From an uncultured Gammaproteobacteria bacterium (GTDB lineage Bacteria > Pseudomonadota > Gammaproteobacteria > Steroidobacterales > Steroidobacteraceae): 64,000 nucleotides of DNA. Positions 45,077 to 53,560 of this stretch are shown here, piece by piece. Location of the stretch: assembly GCA_963801865.1 (NCBI GenBank), contig CAWDGY010000008.1, positions 30,440-94,439 on the forward strand, written 5' to 3'. Position 1 is the first letter of the stretch, and every line of letters starts with the position of its first letter. The notes below the pieces were generated by a model that worked only from the letters and a program-made list of their open reading frames with translations, made no database searches and was not told the DNA's origin. Both the position numbers and the translations under genes were made by a program.

Positions 45077-45630
45077 CGTCGCATCTTTTCGGTCAGACGA
45101 CTTTGAATTTGACCGGCGAGCTCGGAGACGGACTGCTGCGGATGGAACGTCTCGACGATGCGGCCGTCCGGATTCGCGAGATACATGAGCATGCCGTGAT
45201 CGATGTAATCCGTCGAATCCCTGCGCTGCCACGGCACGCCGAAGGTTTGAGCGGCATCCGCGACGGCCTCAGGGCTTCCGGACAAGGCGCGCAGGCGCGG
45301 ATGGAACCGGCTCGCGAAATCGCGCAGCTGCGCCGGCGAATCACGCGGGTCCAGGCTCACGAAGAGGGGCAGGATGGGATCGGCGGCGGCCCCGAGACGG
45401 TCGAGGACCACCGACATTTTCCTCAACGCCGCGGGGCACACTTCGGGACAGTTCGTGTAACCGAAGTACACCAGCAGCCAGCGCCCCGCCAGTTCGTGCG
45501 CATCGAGAGGGTGTCCGAACTGGTCGATCATGCGGGAGTCGCTCGCTCCGCAAACTGAAGCCGCGAGGTTCAAGACGACCACGGCTGCCAGCATCCGAGC
45601 GCACGCCATTGGCCTCATGCCCGGCCTCAT
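45073..45630 (-). CDS. SCO1/SenC-family copper chaperone / thiol-disulfide protein
   Basis: CxxxC in FGYTNCPEVCPAAL plus the distal His in IDHGMLMYL, with an N-terminal membrane anchor. The ATG at 45630 overlaps the oxidase stop (ATGA). Confidence 0.85.
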   Translation of the reverse strand: MRPGMRPMACARMLAAVVVLNLAASVCGASDSRMIDQFGHPLDAHELAGRWLLVYFGYTNCPEVCPAALRKMSVVLDRLGAAADPILPLFVSLDPRDSPAQLRDFASRFHPRLRALSGSPEAVADAAQTFGVPWQRRDSTDYIDHGMLMYLANPDGRIVETFHPQQSVSELAGQIQSRLTEKMRR

Positions 45631-46652
45631 ATGGCGACGATCCAACCCATGGCACCGCGCTCGGCCATCCGACTCTGATGGGGATGAAACATGTATCGGC
45701 CGCGACGCGGCAGACGAAACTCGAGAATCGCGCGTTCCGCCGGCCCGAGGCTGACGATGTCGGTGTGTTCATGGGCGGAGACCGACGTACCGGACCGAAA
45801 GAGGTCGAAGGTCTGGGCGTGCAAATGAAACGATGCAATGGGGTCGGGCTCGACCATGTTCATCAGATAGATTCGAACCAGCTCGCCCACCGGCACTTTG
45901 AGCGGAAAACGCTCGTAGTATCCCGCCATGCCGTTCCAGGCATAAACCTCATTGTGCCCGTCGCCGTCGACGTCGAAACCGCATAGACACAGAAGAAATT
46001 CGTGTGCGGTGGGACGGGGCACGAGCGGATCCACGATCATGGCGCCGTACATGCCTTTGGCGACGTGCCGCGCGTAGGGCGGTACGTGGCAATGGTAAGG
46101 GTGCAGTCCGGCAGGCCCAGCCTCGAATTCGTAGGAGTGATCCTCGCCTTTCGCGACGCGGCCGAGTCCGTCCTGCGACACATCGTGCGCGCCATGAAAA
46201 TGCACGCTGTGGGCGGAATTGGCGCGGTTCCCGAGCGCGACCTTCACGCGCTCTCCGACCGTTGCGCGCACGATGGGGCCCGGCACCGTTCCGCCGTACG
46301 CCCATGCCGTGATGTTCTGGCCGTCGGCAACCTCGAGCGTCGTTTCGATCACCGACAAATCGAACGTGCGCACGCCGCTCTGCGGCGGCGACCAGGGCGG
46401 CGGTGTGTGTAATTCGTCACGACTTCCAGCCGCGAGATAGCCGGGCGGCGTGAACTTCGCCGAATAAGCGGCGCCCATGCCGGCGCCCGAGGTATCGGCT
46501 GCGCAATCGACATCGAGGAGCGGCAGCGATGCCGTGCGGGTGTCATTCGCGCCCGTGCGCCGCTTAACGGCCGGCCACGCCCAGCCGCCGAGGAAGCCCA
46601 ATGCGCCGCCCAGACCCCCGAGTCCAAACAAGTCGCGCCGGCGAATAGCCAT
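45627..46652 (-). CDS. Tat-exported two-domain multicopper oxidase (T1 site in domain 1)
   Basis: Start moved to the ATG at 46652 (MAIRRRDLFGLGG..., a twin-arginine signal). Copper ligand motifs HSVHFHG, YHCHVPPYARHVAKGM, FHLHAQ and FHPHQSRM. Confidence 0.8.
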   Translation of the reverse strand: MAIRRRDLFGLGGLGGALGFLGGWAWPAVKRRTGANDTRTASLPLLDVDCAADTSGAGMGAAYSAKFTPPGYLAAGSRDELHTPPPWSPPQSGVRTFDLSVIETTLEVADGQNITAWAYGGTVPGPIVRATVGERVKVALGNRANSAHSVHFHGAHDVSQDGLGRVAKGEDHSYEFEAGPAGLHPYHCHVPPYARHVAKGMYGAMIVDPLVPRPTAHEFLLCLCGFDVDGDGHNEVYAWNGMAGYYERFPLKVPVGELVRIYLMNMVEPDPIASFHLHAQTFDLFRSGTSVSAHEHTDIVSLGPAERAILEFRLPRRGRYMFHPHQSRMAERGAMGWIVAI

Positions 46653-46654
46653 CG

Positions 46655-46963
46655 TCAGCTGATTCCGCCCAAGGCGACTCCCAGCACCAACACGAGTGCA
46701 TACGCGGCGCCGCCGCCCAACGCGATGAACTTGATGCGCGGGGCGAGATGCGAACCGCTCAGGAACAGATAGCCAAGGGCGCCGATGAAGGGGAGGGCGA
46801 ATATCAGAAATGCCCAGATCCACGCCCTCACCGCCGTCGCGTCGCCGCGCCGACCAAGGTCCCAGAGCGCGAGCGTGGTCCACACCGCGTAGAGAAGCAA
46901 CGGCAGCAGAAAGGCATACAGCCCGAGGAGCATTTGCAAGTTACCCGGCAATGTGACGTTCAT
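46655..46963 (-). CDS. PLDc_N-type small membrane protein (paralog 2)
   Basis: Start moved to the ATG at 46963, behind GGAGG. 102 aa. LLPLLLYAVWTTLALWDLGRR...WIWAFLIFALPFIGALGYL is typical of PLD-nuclease N-terminal-domain small proteins. Confidence 0.7.
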   Translation of the reverse strand: MNVTLPGNLQMLLGLYAFLLPLLLYAVWTTLALWDLGRRGDATAVRAWIWAFLIFALPFIGALGYLFLSGSHLAPRIKFIALGGGAAYALVLVLGVALGGIS

Positions 46964-46977
46964 CGATACCTCCAGGA

Positions 46978-47316
46978 TCAACTCAATGCTTTGGGTCCGA
47001 GCGGGCCGCCGGCAAGCCAAATGCCGACCGCCAGAGGCAGCAGCCAGACGCAAAGTCCGGTGACCACGATGGCGAGCCGCGACGCTCGGGTGAGCGTGCG
47101 TGCGCTGCTCAGCAAGTACCACGCGCCGCCCAGCAGCGGCACCAGGAGGACGAATGCCCCCCATCCCCACTTCGCCGTGTCGGCGCGCTCGTTCAGGTCC
47201 ATCATGGCAAGCGATGCCCACGTGGCGTACAGAAGAAACGGCAACAGGTAGAGGTAGACCACGAACCAGACCTGAAAAATGGTCGTGGGACCGGCCAGTG
47301 AGAACAGCGAGGGCAT
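46978..47316 (-). CDS. PLDc_N-type small membrane protein (paralog 1)
   Basis: Start moved to the ATG at 47316, behind GGAGA. 112 aa. LLPFLLYATWASLAMMDLNER...WGWGAFVLLVPLLGGAWYL parallels the next gene. Confidence 0.7.
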   Translation of the reverse strand: MPSLFSLAGPTTIFQVWFVVYLYLLPFLLYATWASLAMMDLNERADTAKWGWGAFVLLVPLLGGAWYLLSSARTLTRASRLAIVVTGLCVWLLPLAVGIWLAGGPLGPKALS

Positions 47317-47317
47317 C

Positions 47318-48979
47318 TCAATTCTCCTTGCGCGCGACGATGCGGTCCGCGCTCGTCGAGTGCTCGGCGGGTGTCTTGATCGATTCGAGGTCGAGCCGTG
47401 CTGCTTCGAACACGTGGACCGCCGGGCGCACGGGAGCATTCGCACCGCCGGGGATGCTCGCTTGCGGCGGCGGCACCGGCCGCGTGCGGTAATCGCTCAG
47501 TGTGAAGCGGCCCAGGCGGATCTGCGCGATGGAGCCGAAGAAGGTCATCGATGTCGAGAGGTCGGATGCCACCGGGATGCGAGCGGCCCGGCATCCGTTC
47601 AATGTCTCGAGTCCCCACGGTATGGAAGTTCGATAGCTGTTGCTGGAGAAACAATTGTGCATGGTGCCCAAGCCGCCGGCCGCAAGATCTGCGCGTCCGG
47701 ATCCCTGGATGACGTTGCTGCGCACCACGTGGCCGGTCGAGGGCCAATAGTGGCGGTCCAGAAGCGGCACGATCAGAATCCCATTATTGCGGCTGCGCAC
47801 GACGAGGTTGTGCTCCACCCGATTGTTGTGCGTCCCGACGAGCGCAATGCCCTGACCGGCCAGCGTCTCGGTCGCATAGAAGCCGGCGGCCTCGTTGTCG
47901 AAACCGCTATCGCTCACCACGTTTCCCATGATGGTCGTATCGCGGCCCGGCGGGTTGAGCTCGATGTCGAACGTCGTCGTGCTGATCCCGCTGCGGTTGT
48001 GCTCGAAGCGCGAATTCAGGATATACATGTCGCCGCTGGAATTCGTGCCGGAATAGCCGAGCCCGCTGTAGTTGCCGATGACATCGTTCAACACCACCCG
48101 GCAGGGCGCGCATTGGCCGACGTAGAACGCCGAGTCGGGAGATCCGCTCGCAAGGGAGTGTTCGAACAGCCCGTCGCTGGAGCCGAACGCATAGATTCCA
48201 TAGTCGCCGTTGTTGTAGGCGGTCAGGTACGAGCCGCGAAACCCCTGGACACCGGTCCAGAAGAATCCATTGAGCGTGAAGTTTCGCGCGGTCATGTTCT
48301 CGACCGCCACTCCGTTGCCGCCGATCATGATGCCGGTGGCGAGTTCGAACTTGCCGTCGAGAATGACCGCGTTCCGATCCACGCCGCGCAAGGTGATGCT
48401 CGGTGTCGTGACGAAGACGGCCTCGTTGTATTCTCCCTGGTCGATGAGCACGAGGTCGCCGGGATTTGCCGCATCCACCCCGTTCTGAATGGTCGGGTAC
48501 TCTTGCGGTACGCGGCGGGTGACGCCCGTGGGTATCTCGACGGTCGGGAGGACGCCGCGCGTGCCCGAGGGCGGCGTATATTGGATGTTGCCGACGACCA
48601 CGACGCCGATCATTCCCGTCTTGCCGTCCGGCGTCGCATGAAAGCTGCAATAGAAGGGATACACCCCTTCCTTGCCGATCACGATCTCGGTCATGTCGTC
48701 CGGACGCATCTTGATGTTGCCGAAGGTTTTCTCGCTCGACCAGGATTTGTCGACCGCGATGACATTGTGGTCGTTGCGTCCGACGTTCATGAACACGATC
48801 GATCCGCCGGCGGGGATCCTGACGATGGCGGGCGAATAGCTGTTGTCCGCCATTGAAACGAGCACGGTGCCGGTGGGTTTCACCTCCGGCTTGCCGCATC
48901 CGCCCAAGGCCGCCGTCAAGCCGAGCGCTGCGATGATGCAGAAGGTTCCGTGGCGCGATTTTAGAACCGTCTTGTCCAT
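47318..48979 (-). CDS. Lipoprotein fusing a cupredoxin domain to a NosD-like right-handed parallel beta-helix
   Basis: Lipobox ALGGC. Cupredoxin ligands: His in RNDHNV and C..H........M in YPFYCSFHATPDGKTGM. This is followed by TIQNGVDAANPGDLVLIDQGEYNEAV and repeated G/N-rich beta-helix turns. Confidence 0.75.
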   Translation of the reverse strand: MDKTVLKSRHGTFCIIAALGLTAALGGCGKPEVKPTGTVLVSMADNSYSPAIVRIPAGGSIVFMNVGRNDHNVIAVDKSWSSEKTFGNIKMRPDDMTEIVIGKEGVYPFYCSFHATPDGKTGMIGVVVVGNIQYTPPSGTRGVLPTVEIPTGVTRRVPQEYPTIQNGVDAANPGDLVLIDQGEYNEAVFVTTPSITLRGVDRNAVILDGKFELATGIMIGGNGVAVENMTARNFTLNGFFWTGVQGFRGSYLTAYNNGDYGIYAFGSSDGLFEHSLASGSPDSAFYVGQCAPCRVVLNDVIGNYSGLGYSGTNSSGDMYILNSRFEHNRSGISTTTFDIELNPPGRDTTIMGNVVSDSGFDNEAAGFYATETLAGQGIALVGTHNNRVEHNLVVRSRNNGILIVPLLDRHYWPSTGHVVRSNVIQGSGRADLAAGGLGTMHNCFSSNSYRTSIPWGLETLNGCRAARIPVASDLSTSMTFFGSIAQIRLGRFTLSDYRTRPVPPPQASIPGGANAPVRPAVHVFEAARLDLESIKTPAEHSTSADRIVARKEN

Positions 48980-49139
48980 GAGAATCGTAGAGTAATTGTG
49001 GTTTTACTATCGTTTCGTACGGCGACGATATTCCTCGGGGCGGTCGCTGTCAAATCATCGGAAGATCGGCTCGCATACGGCGCGGTCGAACGGCGGGTCC
49101 GTCACATCGAATACACATTGCGTGATTAGCTTGCGGCAT

Positions 49140-51989
49140 ATGGTAGTTTTGCAGCGCGTGATCACCGTCGACGTCGCGAAGTCTCTACTCCTGGGCGCCC
49201 TGCTGCTCCCGTGGGCTCACAGCGCCGCCGCGGCGGAACCGCTTGCCGAGCAACTGCTGCCCACCGGACAGGTGCTCACCCCGACGGCGGCGCCGGGATC
49301 GAGATTTACGACGCTCAACCCGCATCTCGCGGATGCGCCGCGGTTCGTCGCCGGGCAAAGCATCAGTGAGGCGTTGAGCCCGGATCGCAAGACCTTGCTC
49401 GTTCTCACGAGCGGCTACAACCGCCGCCGGGACCGGCGCGGCCATCTGATTCCGGGCGACTCCCGGGAGTACGTATTCGTCTTCGATGTAGCCGCGGGAG
49501 TCGCCCGGGGCAGGCAGGTATTGCAGGTACCCAACACCTACGTCGGCATTGCCTTCGTGCCGTCGGGAGACCGCTTCGTGGTGTCGGGCGGCGTCGACGA
49601 TACATTGCATCTCTTCGACCGGGTGGGGTCACGCTGGCGGGAGAACGGATCGTCACCCATCAGGCTCGGCCACACCTCCGGCATCGGTATCGACCAGAAG
49701 CCGATGGCGCAAGGCGTCGCCGTCACCCCCGATGGCTCGCGCGCCGTCGTCGCGAATCGCTACAACGCCTCCGTGACGGTCGTCGATTTGATCTCGGCCA
49801 AGGTCGTCAAGGAGATCGACCTGCGTCCGGGCGTAATCGATCGAAGCCAATCCGGCACGGCGGGCGGCGAGTTTCCCGTCGCCATCTGCATCGAGGGCAA
49901 GGAGACCGCCTTCGTCTCCAGCGAGCGGGACCGCGAGATCGTCGTCGTCGATCTGGGATCCCAAGCCGTGGTCGCCCGCGTCCCCGTCAGCGGCAACCCC
50001 AACCGCATGATCCTCAATCGCGATGCGAGCCGGCTATTCGTCGCCCTCGACAATGCCGACGTGGTTGCGGTCATCGACACTCAGCGGCGCGTCGTGATCG
50101 ATGAGATTCAGACCGTGGCCCCGCCGGGGATGCTGCGGCTGGCCAAGCGCTATCGCGGCGCTTCCCCGAATGCGATGGCGCTCGCCGCAGACGAGAAAAC
50201 GCTGTTCGTGACCAATCGCGGCACGAACTCAGTGGCGGTCATCGACAATGACGATGCGGCGCGGCAGGTGCGCGGATTGATTCCAACCGGTTGGTATCCG
50301 TCGGATCTGGTCGTCGGGCCGGGCGAGGTTCTCTATATCGTCAACACCCAAAGCGTTCCCGGTCCGAATGGCGGCAATTGCCTGGGCTATCAGACCGTAC
50401 CCTGCCCGGTCAGACGCACGCCCGTTCGTTTCGCAGCGAACGAATATATCCTCGATTTGAGCAAGGGAGGGCTGCTCAGTCTTCCCCTGCCGCGCGCAGA
50501 GGTGCTGCCGAGGTTGACTCGGCAAGTGGCCGCCAACAATCGCTTTGAAAGCGCCAATCGCGACTCGCAGGTCATGGAGGCGTTGCACGCAAGAATCAAA
50601 CACGTGATCTACATCATCAAGGAAAACCGCACCTACGATCAGGTGCTCGGCGATATCGGGCGCGGCAAGAGCGACCCGCACCTCGCGGAATTCCCTTTCA
50701 CGACGACGCCGAATCAACACAATCTCGCCAACCAGTTCGTCCTGTTGGACAGTTTCTATGATCCCGGCAATGTGAGTGGCAACGGCTGGCCGTGGAGCAT
50801 GTCGGCGCGCGAGTCCGATGCGGGAGCGAAAATGGTCCCGGTCACCTATGCGAACCGCGGCGGGTCCTACGACTGGGAAAGCACGAACAGCAACGTCAAT
50901 GTCGGACTTGCCGGAGCGGAGCGGCTCGCCGCCAACCCTTTGTCGGCGAACCGATCCTCCGGCAAGCTCGATCCCGACGAGCTTCCAGGCACCAATAACG
51001 TTGCTGCGCCCGACGGACCGGACGGGGAAATGCAGCAGGGGTATCTGTGGAATGCCGCCATTCGCGCGGGACTCTCCGTGCGCAACTACGGTTTCATGAT
51101 CGATGTGATGCGTTACGGCCCCGAGTTGCTGGCGTCGCCATCGCGCGCGCAGTTCTATATTCCACTGGAAACCGACCCGGCGTCCAAGAATTTGACCGTA
51201 GCCTACGCAGCCAATCCCGAGCTCGTGACCCGAACCGACGGATTTTTCCGCGGCTTCGATACGGCGTTTCCGGACACTTTCCGTGAACGAGAGTGGGCGC
51301 GCGAATTTCATCAATTCGAGAAGAACGGAAGCTTGCCGGCGCTATCGTTGGTGCGCTTGATGGCGGATCACACGGGTTCCTATTCGCGGGCGATCGCCGG
51401 CGTGAATACGCCCGAGCTGCAGGTGGCCGACAATGATTTCGCCGTGGGCATGCTCGTCGAGGCGGTCGCGCACAGTTCTTACGCCAAGGATACCTTGATC
51501 TTCATCGTCGAAGATGACGCGCAAGACGGTCCCGATCACATCGACGCACACCGCAGCACCGCCTTCGTGGTCGGTCCGTACGTCAAACACGGAGCCGTCG
51601 TCAGCCGCCGCTTCACGACGATCAATATGCTGCGCACCATCACGGACGTGCTCGGCATCGATCATCTCAGCCTCTTCGACGCCACGCAGAGCCCGATGGC
51701 CGATGTGTTCGACCTGGAAAAACCGGATTGGGACTACACGGCGGAGGTTTCGAGTTTATTGAAATCCCCCGGCGTCACGCTCCCCATCCCGAGCGGAACG
51801 AAAGTCGCCGGCGCACTGCGACGTCCGACGCATGGCGTCGCCTATTGGGCCGCACGAACCGCCCATATGGACTTTTCCGCCGAAGATCGAGTCGATGCGG
51901 ACGACTATAACCGCACCTTGTGGAAGGGACTCATGGGCGGCCAGCCGTATCCCGCGGCGTCCCGAACCTCAGTGGGCGGCCGTGACTGA
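49140..51989 (+). CDS. Secreted beta-propeller (YncE/YVTN-like) fused to a phosphoesterase (PlcN/AcpA family) domain
   Basis: Start moved to the ATG at 49140 (MVVLQRV..., signal ending HSAAAA). Repeated ..VAV.PDGSRAVVAN.. propeller blades. Phosphoesterase motif HVIYIIKENRTYDQVLGD and later IFIVEDDAQDGPDHIDAHRS. Confidence 0.8.
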   Translation: MVVLQRVITVDVAKSLLLGALLLPWAHSAAAAEPLAEQLLPTGQVLTPTAAPGSRFTTLNPHLADAPRFVAGQSISEALSPDRKTLLVLTSGYNRRRDRRGHLIPGDSREYVFVFDVAAGVARGRQVLQVPNTYVGIAFVPSGDRFVVSGGVDDTLHLFDRVGSRWRENGSSPIRLGHTSGIGIDQKPMAQGVAVTPDGSRAVVANRYNASVTVVDLISAKVVKEIDLRPGVIDRSQSGTAGGEFPVAICIEGKETAFVSSERDREIVVVDLGSQAVVARVPVSGNPNRMILNRDASRLFVALDNADVVAVIDTQRRVVIDEIQTVAPPGMLRLAKRYRGASPNAMALAADEKTLFVTNRGTNSVAVIDNDDAARQVRGLIPTGWYPSDLVVGPGEVLYIVNTQSVPGPNGGNCLGYQTVPCPVRRTPVRFAANEYILDLSKGGLLSLPLPRAEVLPRLTRQVAANNRFESANRDSQVMEALHARIKHVIYIIKENRTYDQVLGDIGRGKSDPHLAEFPFTTTPNQHNLANQFVLLDSFYDPGNVSGNGWPWSMSARESDAGAKMVPVTYANRGGSYDWESTNSNVNVGLAGAERLAANPLSANRSSGKLDPDELPGTNNVAAPDGPDGEMQQGYLWNAAIRAGLSVRNYGFMIDVMRYGPELLASPSRAQFYIPLETDPASKNLTVAYAANPELVTRTDGFFRGFDTAFPDTFREREWAREFHQFEKNGSLPALSLVRLMADHTGSYSRAIAGVNTPELQVADNDFAVGMLVEAVAHSSYAKDTLIFIVEDDAQDGPDHIDAHRSTAFVVGPYVKHGAVVSRRFTTINMLRTITDVLGIDHLSLFDATQSPMADVFDLEKPDWDYTAEVSSLLKSPGVTLPIPSGTKVAGALRRPTHGVAYWAARTAHMDFSAEDRVDADDYNRTLWKGLMGGQPYPAASRTSVGGRD

Positions 51990-53555
51990 CCCCAGGGCGG
52001 CACTCGCGCGCGCCGGCCGCGCGAGCCAGATCACGCCGACCAACAACACAAACAGCACCGCGGAGGCGAGGAAGATGTCGTTGGCGGAGAGCATGAACGC
52101 CTGGGTGTCCACCATCCGATTGAGCAGCGGAATTCCCTGCTCGGAGCCCAGGCCGCCGGCCTGCAGATTGGCCAGGCTCTGGGCGGCAACGGGATCGCCC
52201 GGCGTCAGGTGCTCGATCAAGCGGGCGTGATGCAGCGTCGCGCGCCGATCCCACAGCGTGGTCACGATGGAGGTGCCGAACGAGCCTGCCGTGATGCGCG
52301 CGAAATTGAAAAGTCCCGAGGCCGCCGGAATCCGCTCGGCGGCAAGCCCCGACAGGGAGAGCGTGACGAGCGGCACGAAGAAGCAAGCCATGGCCACGCC
52401 CTGAATGAGCGTGGGCACCAGCAGCGTGCCGAACGGCGTATCGGTGTTGAAGTGCGCGCGCATGCCGAGGATGAGCGCGAATACCAGGAACGCCACCGTC
52501 GAGATCAGACGCGGATCGGTTCGCCGCATCGCTCGACCGACTACGGGCGTCAGCAGAATCGCGAGCAGGCCGACGGGTGCGAGCACCATGCCCGCCAGGG
52601 TGGCGGTGTAGCCCATGTACTGCTGCAGCCACAAAGGCAGCAGCACGGCGTTGCCGAAGAAGGTTCCGTAGGCAAGCGCCATGGCGAGAGTGGCGGTCCA
52701 GAAATTGCGGTTGCGGAACAGACTCAGATCGACGATCGGATGCCGTTCGGTGAGTTCCCAAACCAAAAAGGCGAACAATCCGATGGCCGTCACGATGGCG
52801 AGGGTCACGATCTGACCGGACTCGAACCAGTCGAGGTCCTTACCCCGGTCGAGCAGGACCTGCAGCGACCCCACCCAAATGACGAGCAGCGCCAACCCCA
52901 CCTTGTCGATCGGCACCTTCACGGTCGGCGTTTCGCGCCTGCGATAGATGACCCACGTCGCGAGCCCGGCGCCGAGACCCACCGGCACATTGATGTAGAA
53001 GATCCAGGGCCAGGAGATATTGTCGGTGATCCATCCGCCGAGCAGAGGCCCGACCACCGGCGCCACCATCGTGGTGATCGCCCAAACCGACAGGGCGGTG
53101 CCGGATTTCGCCTTCGGGTAGCTCGAGATCAGAAGCGACTGGGACAACGGGATCATCGGCCCGGCCACGGCGCCCTGCAGCACGCGAAAGCAAATGAGCA
53201 GTCCGATCGTGGGCGCGAGCGCACACAGGAAGGAGGCGGCGACGAACAGTGCGATCGACCAGGTGAACAGCCGCACCTGTCCGAAACGGCGCGTCAACCA
53301 GCCGGTCAGCGGCAACGAAATCGCGTTGGCCACGCCGAAGGAGGTGATCACCCATGTGCCCTGATCCGGCGAGACACCGAGGTCGCCGGCGATGGCGGGA
53401 ATCGACACGTTGGCAATCGAGGTGTCGAGGACATTCATGAATGTCGCGAGCGACAGAGCGATCGCACCCACCGCCAACGGTACACCGCGAAGCGGTGCGG
53501 GCTCGGCTGGAACGCCCTTGCCGGTGTCCTCGACACTCATATCATCGGCGCTCAT
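51969..53555 (-). CDS. MFS DHA2-family (14-TMS, EmrB/QacA-type) drug efflux transporter
   Basis: LATFMNVLDTSIANVSIPAIAGDLG, with 14 hydrophobic segments. Follows the EmrA-like adaptor. Confidence 0.88.
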   Translation of the reverse strand: MSADDMSVEDTGKGVPAEPAPLRGVPLAVGAIALSLATFMNVLDTSIANVSIPAIAGDLGVSPDQGTWVITSFGVANAISLPLTGWLTRRFGQVRLFTWSIALFVAASFLCALAPTIGLLICFRVLQGAVAGPMIPLSQSLLISSYPKAKSGTALSVWAITTMVAPVVGPLLGGWITDNISWPWIFYINVPVGLGAGLATWVIYRRRETPTVKVPIDKVGLALLVIWVGSLQVLLDRGKDLDWFESGQIVTLAIVTAIGLFAFLVWELTERHPIVDLSLFRNRNFWTATLAMALAYGTFFGNAVLLPLWLQQYMGYTATLAGMVLAPVGLLAILLTPVVGRAMRRTDPRLISTVAFLVFALILGMRAHFNTDTPFGTLLVPTLIQGVAMACFFVPLVTLSLSGLAAERIPAASGLFNFARITAGSFGTSIVTTLWDRRATLHHARLIEHLTPGDPVAAQSLANLQAGGLGSEQGIPLLNRMVDTQAFMLSANDIFLASAVLFVLLVGVIWLARPARASAALGSVTAAH

Positions 53556-53560
53556 GACCG

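Noticed and set aside
45627-46652. Annotation of the copper protein as nitrite reductase NirK
   Set aside because: The fold, size and T1 spacing are NirK-like. However, the position of the catalytic Asp is His, and two additional HXH pairs in domain 2 indicate a trinuclear-cluster multicopper oxidase instead.
47279-48856. 525-aa plus-strand ORF, and a 330-aa minus-strand ORF in another frame (47907-48899)
   Set aside because: Both overlap the cupredoxin/NosD-like gene and have Arg/Asp/His-rich artefact composition.
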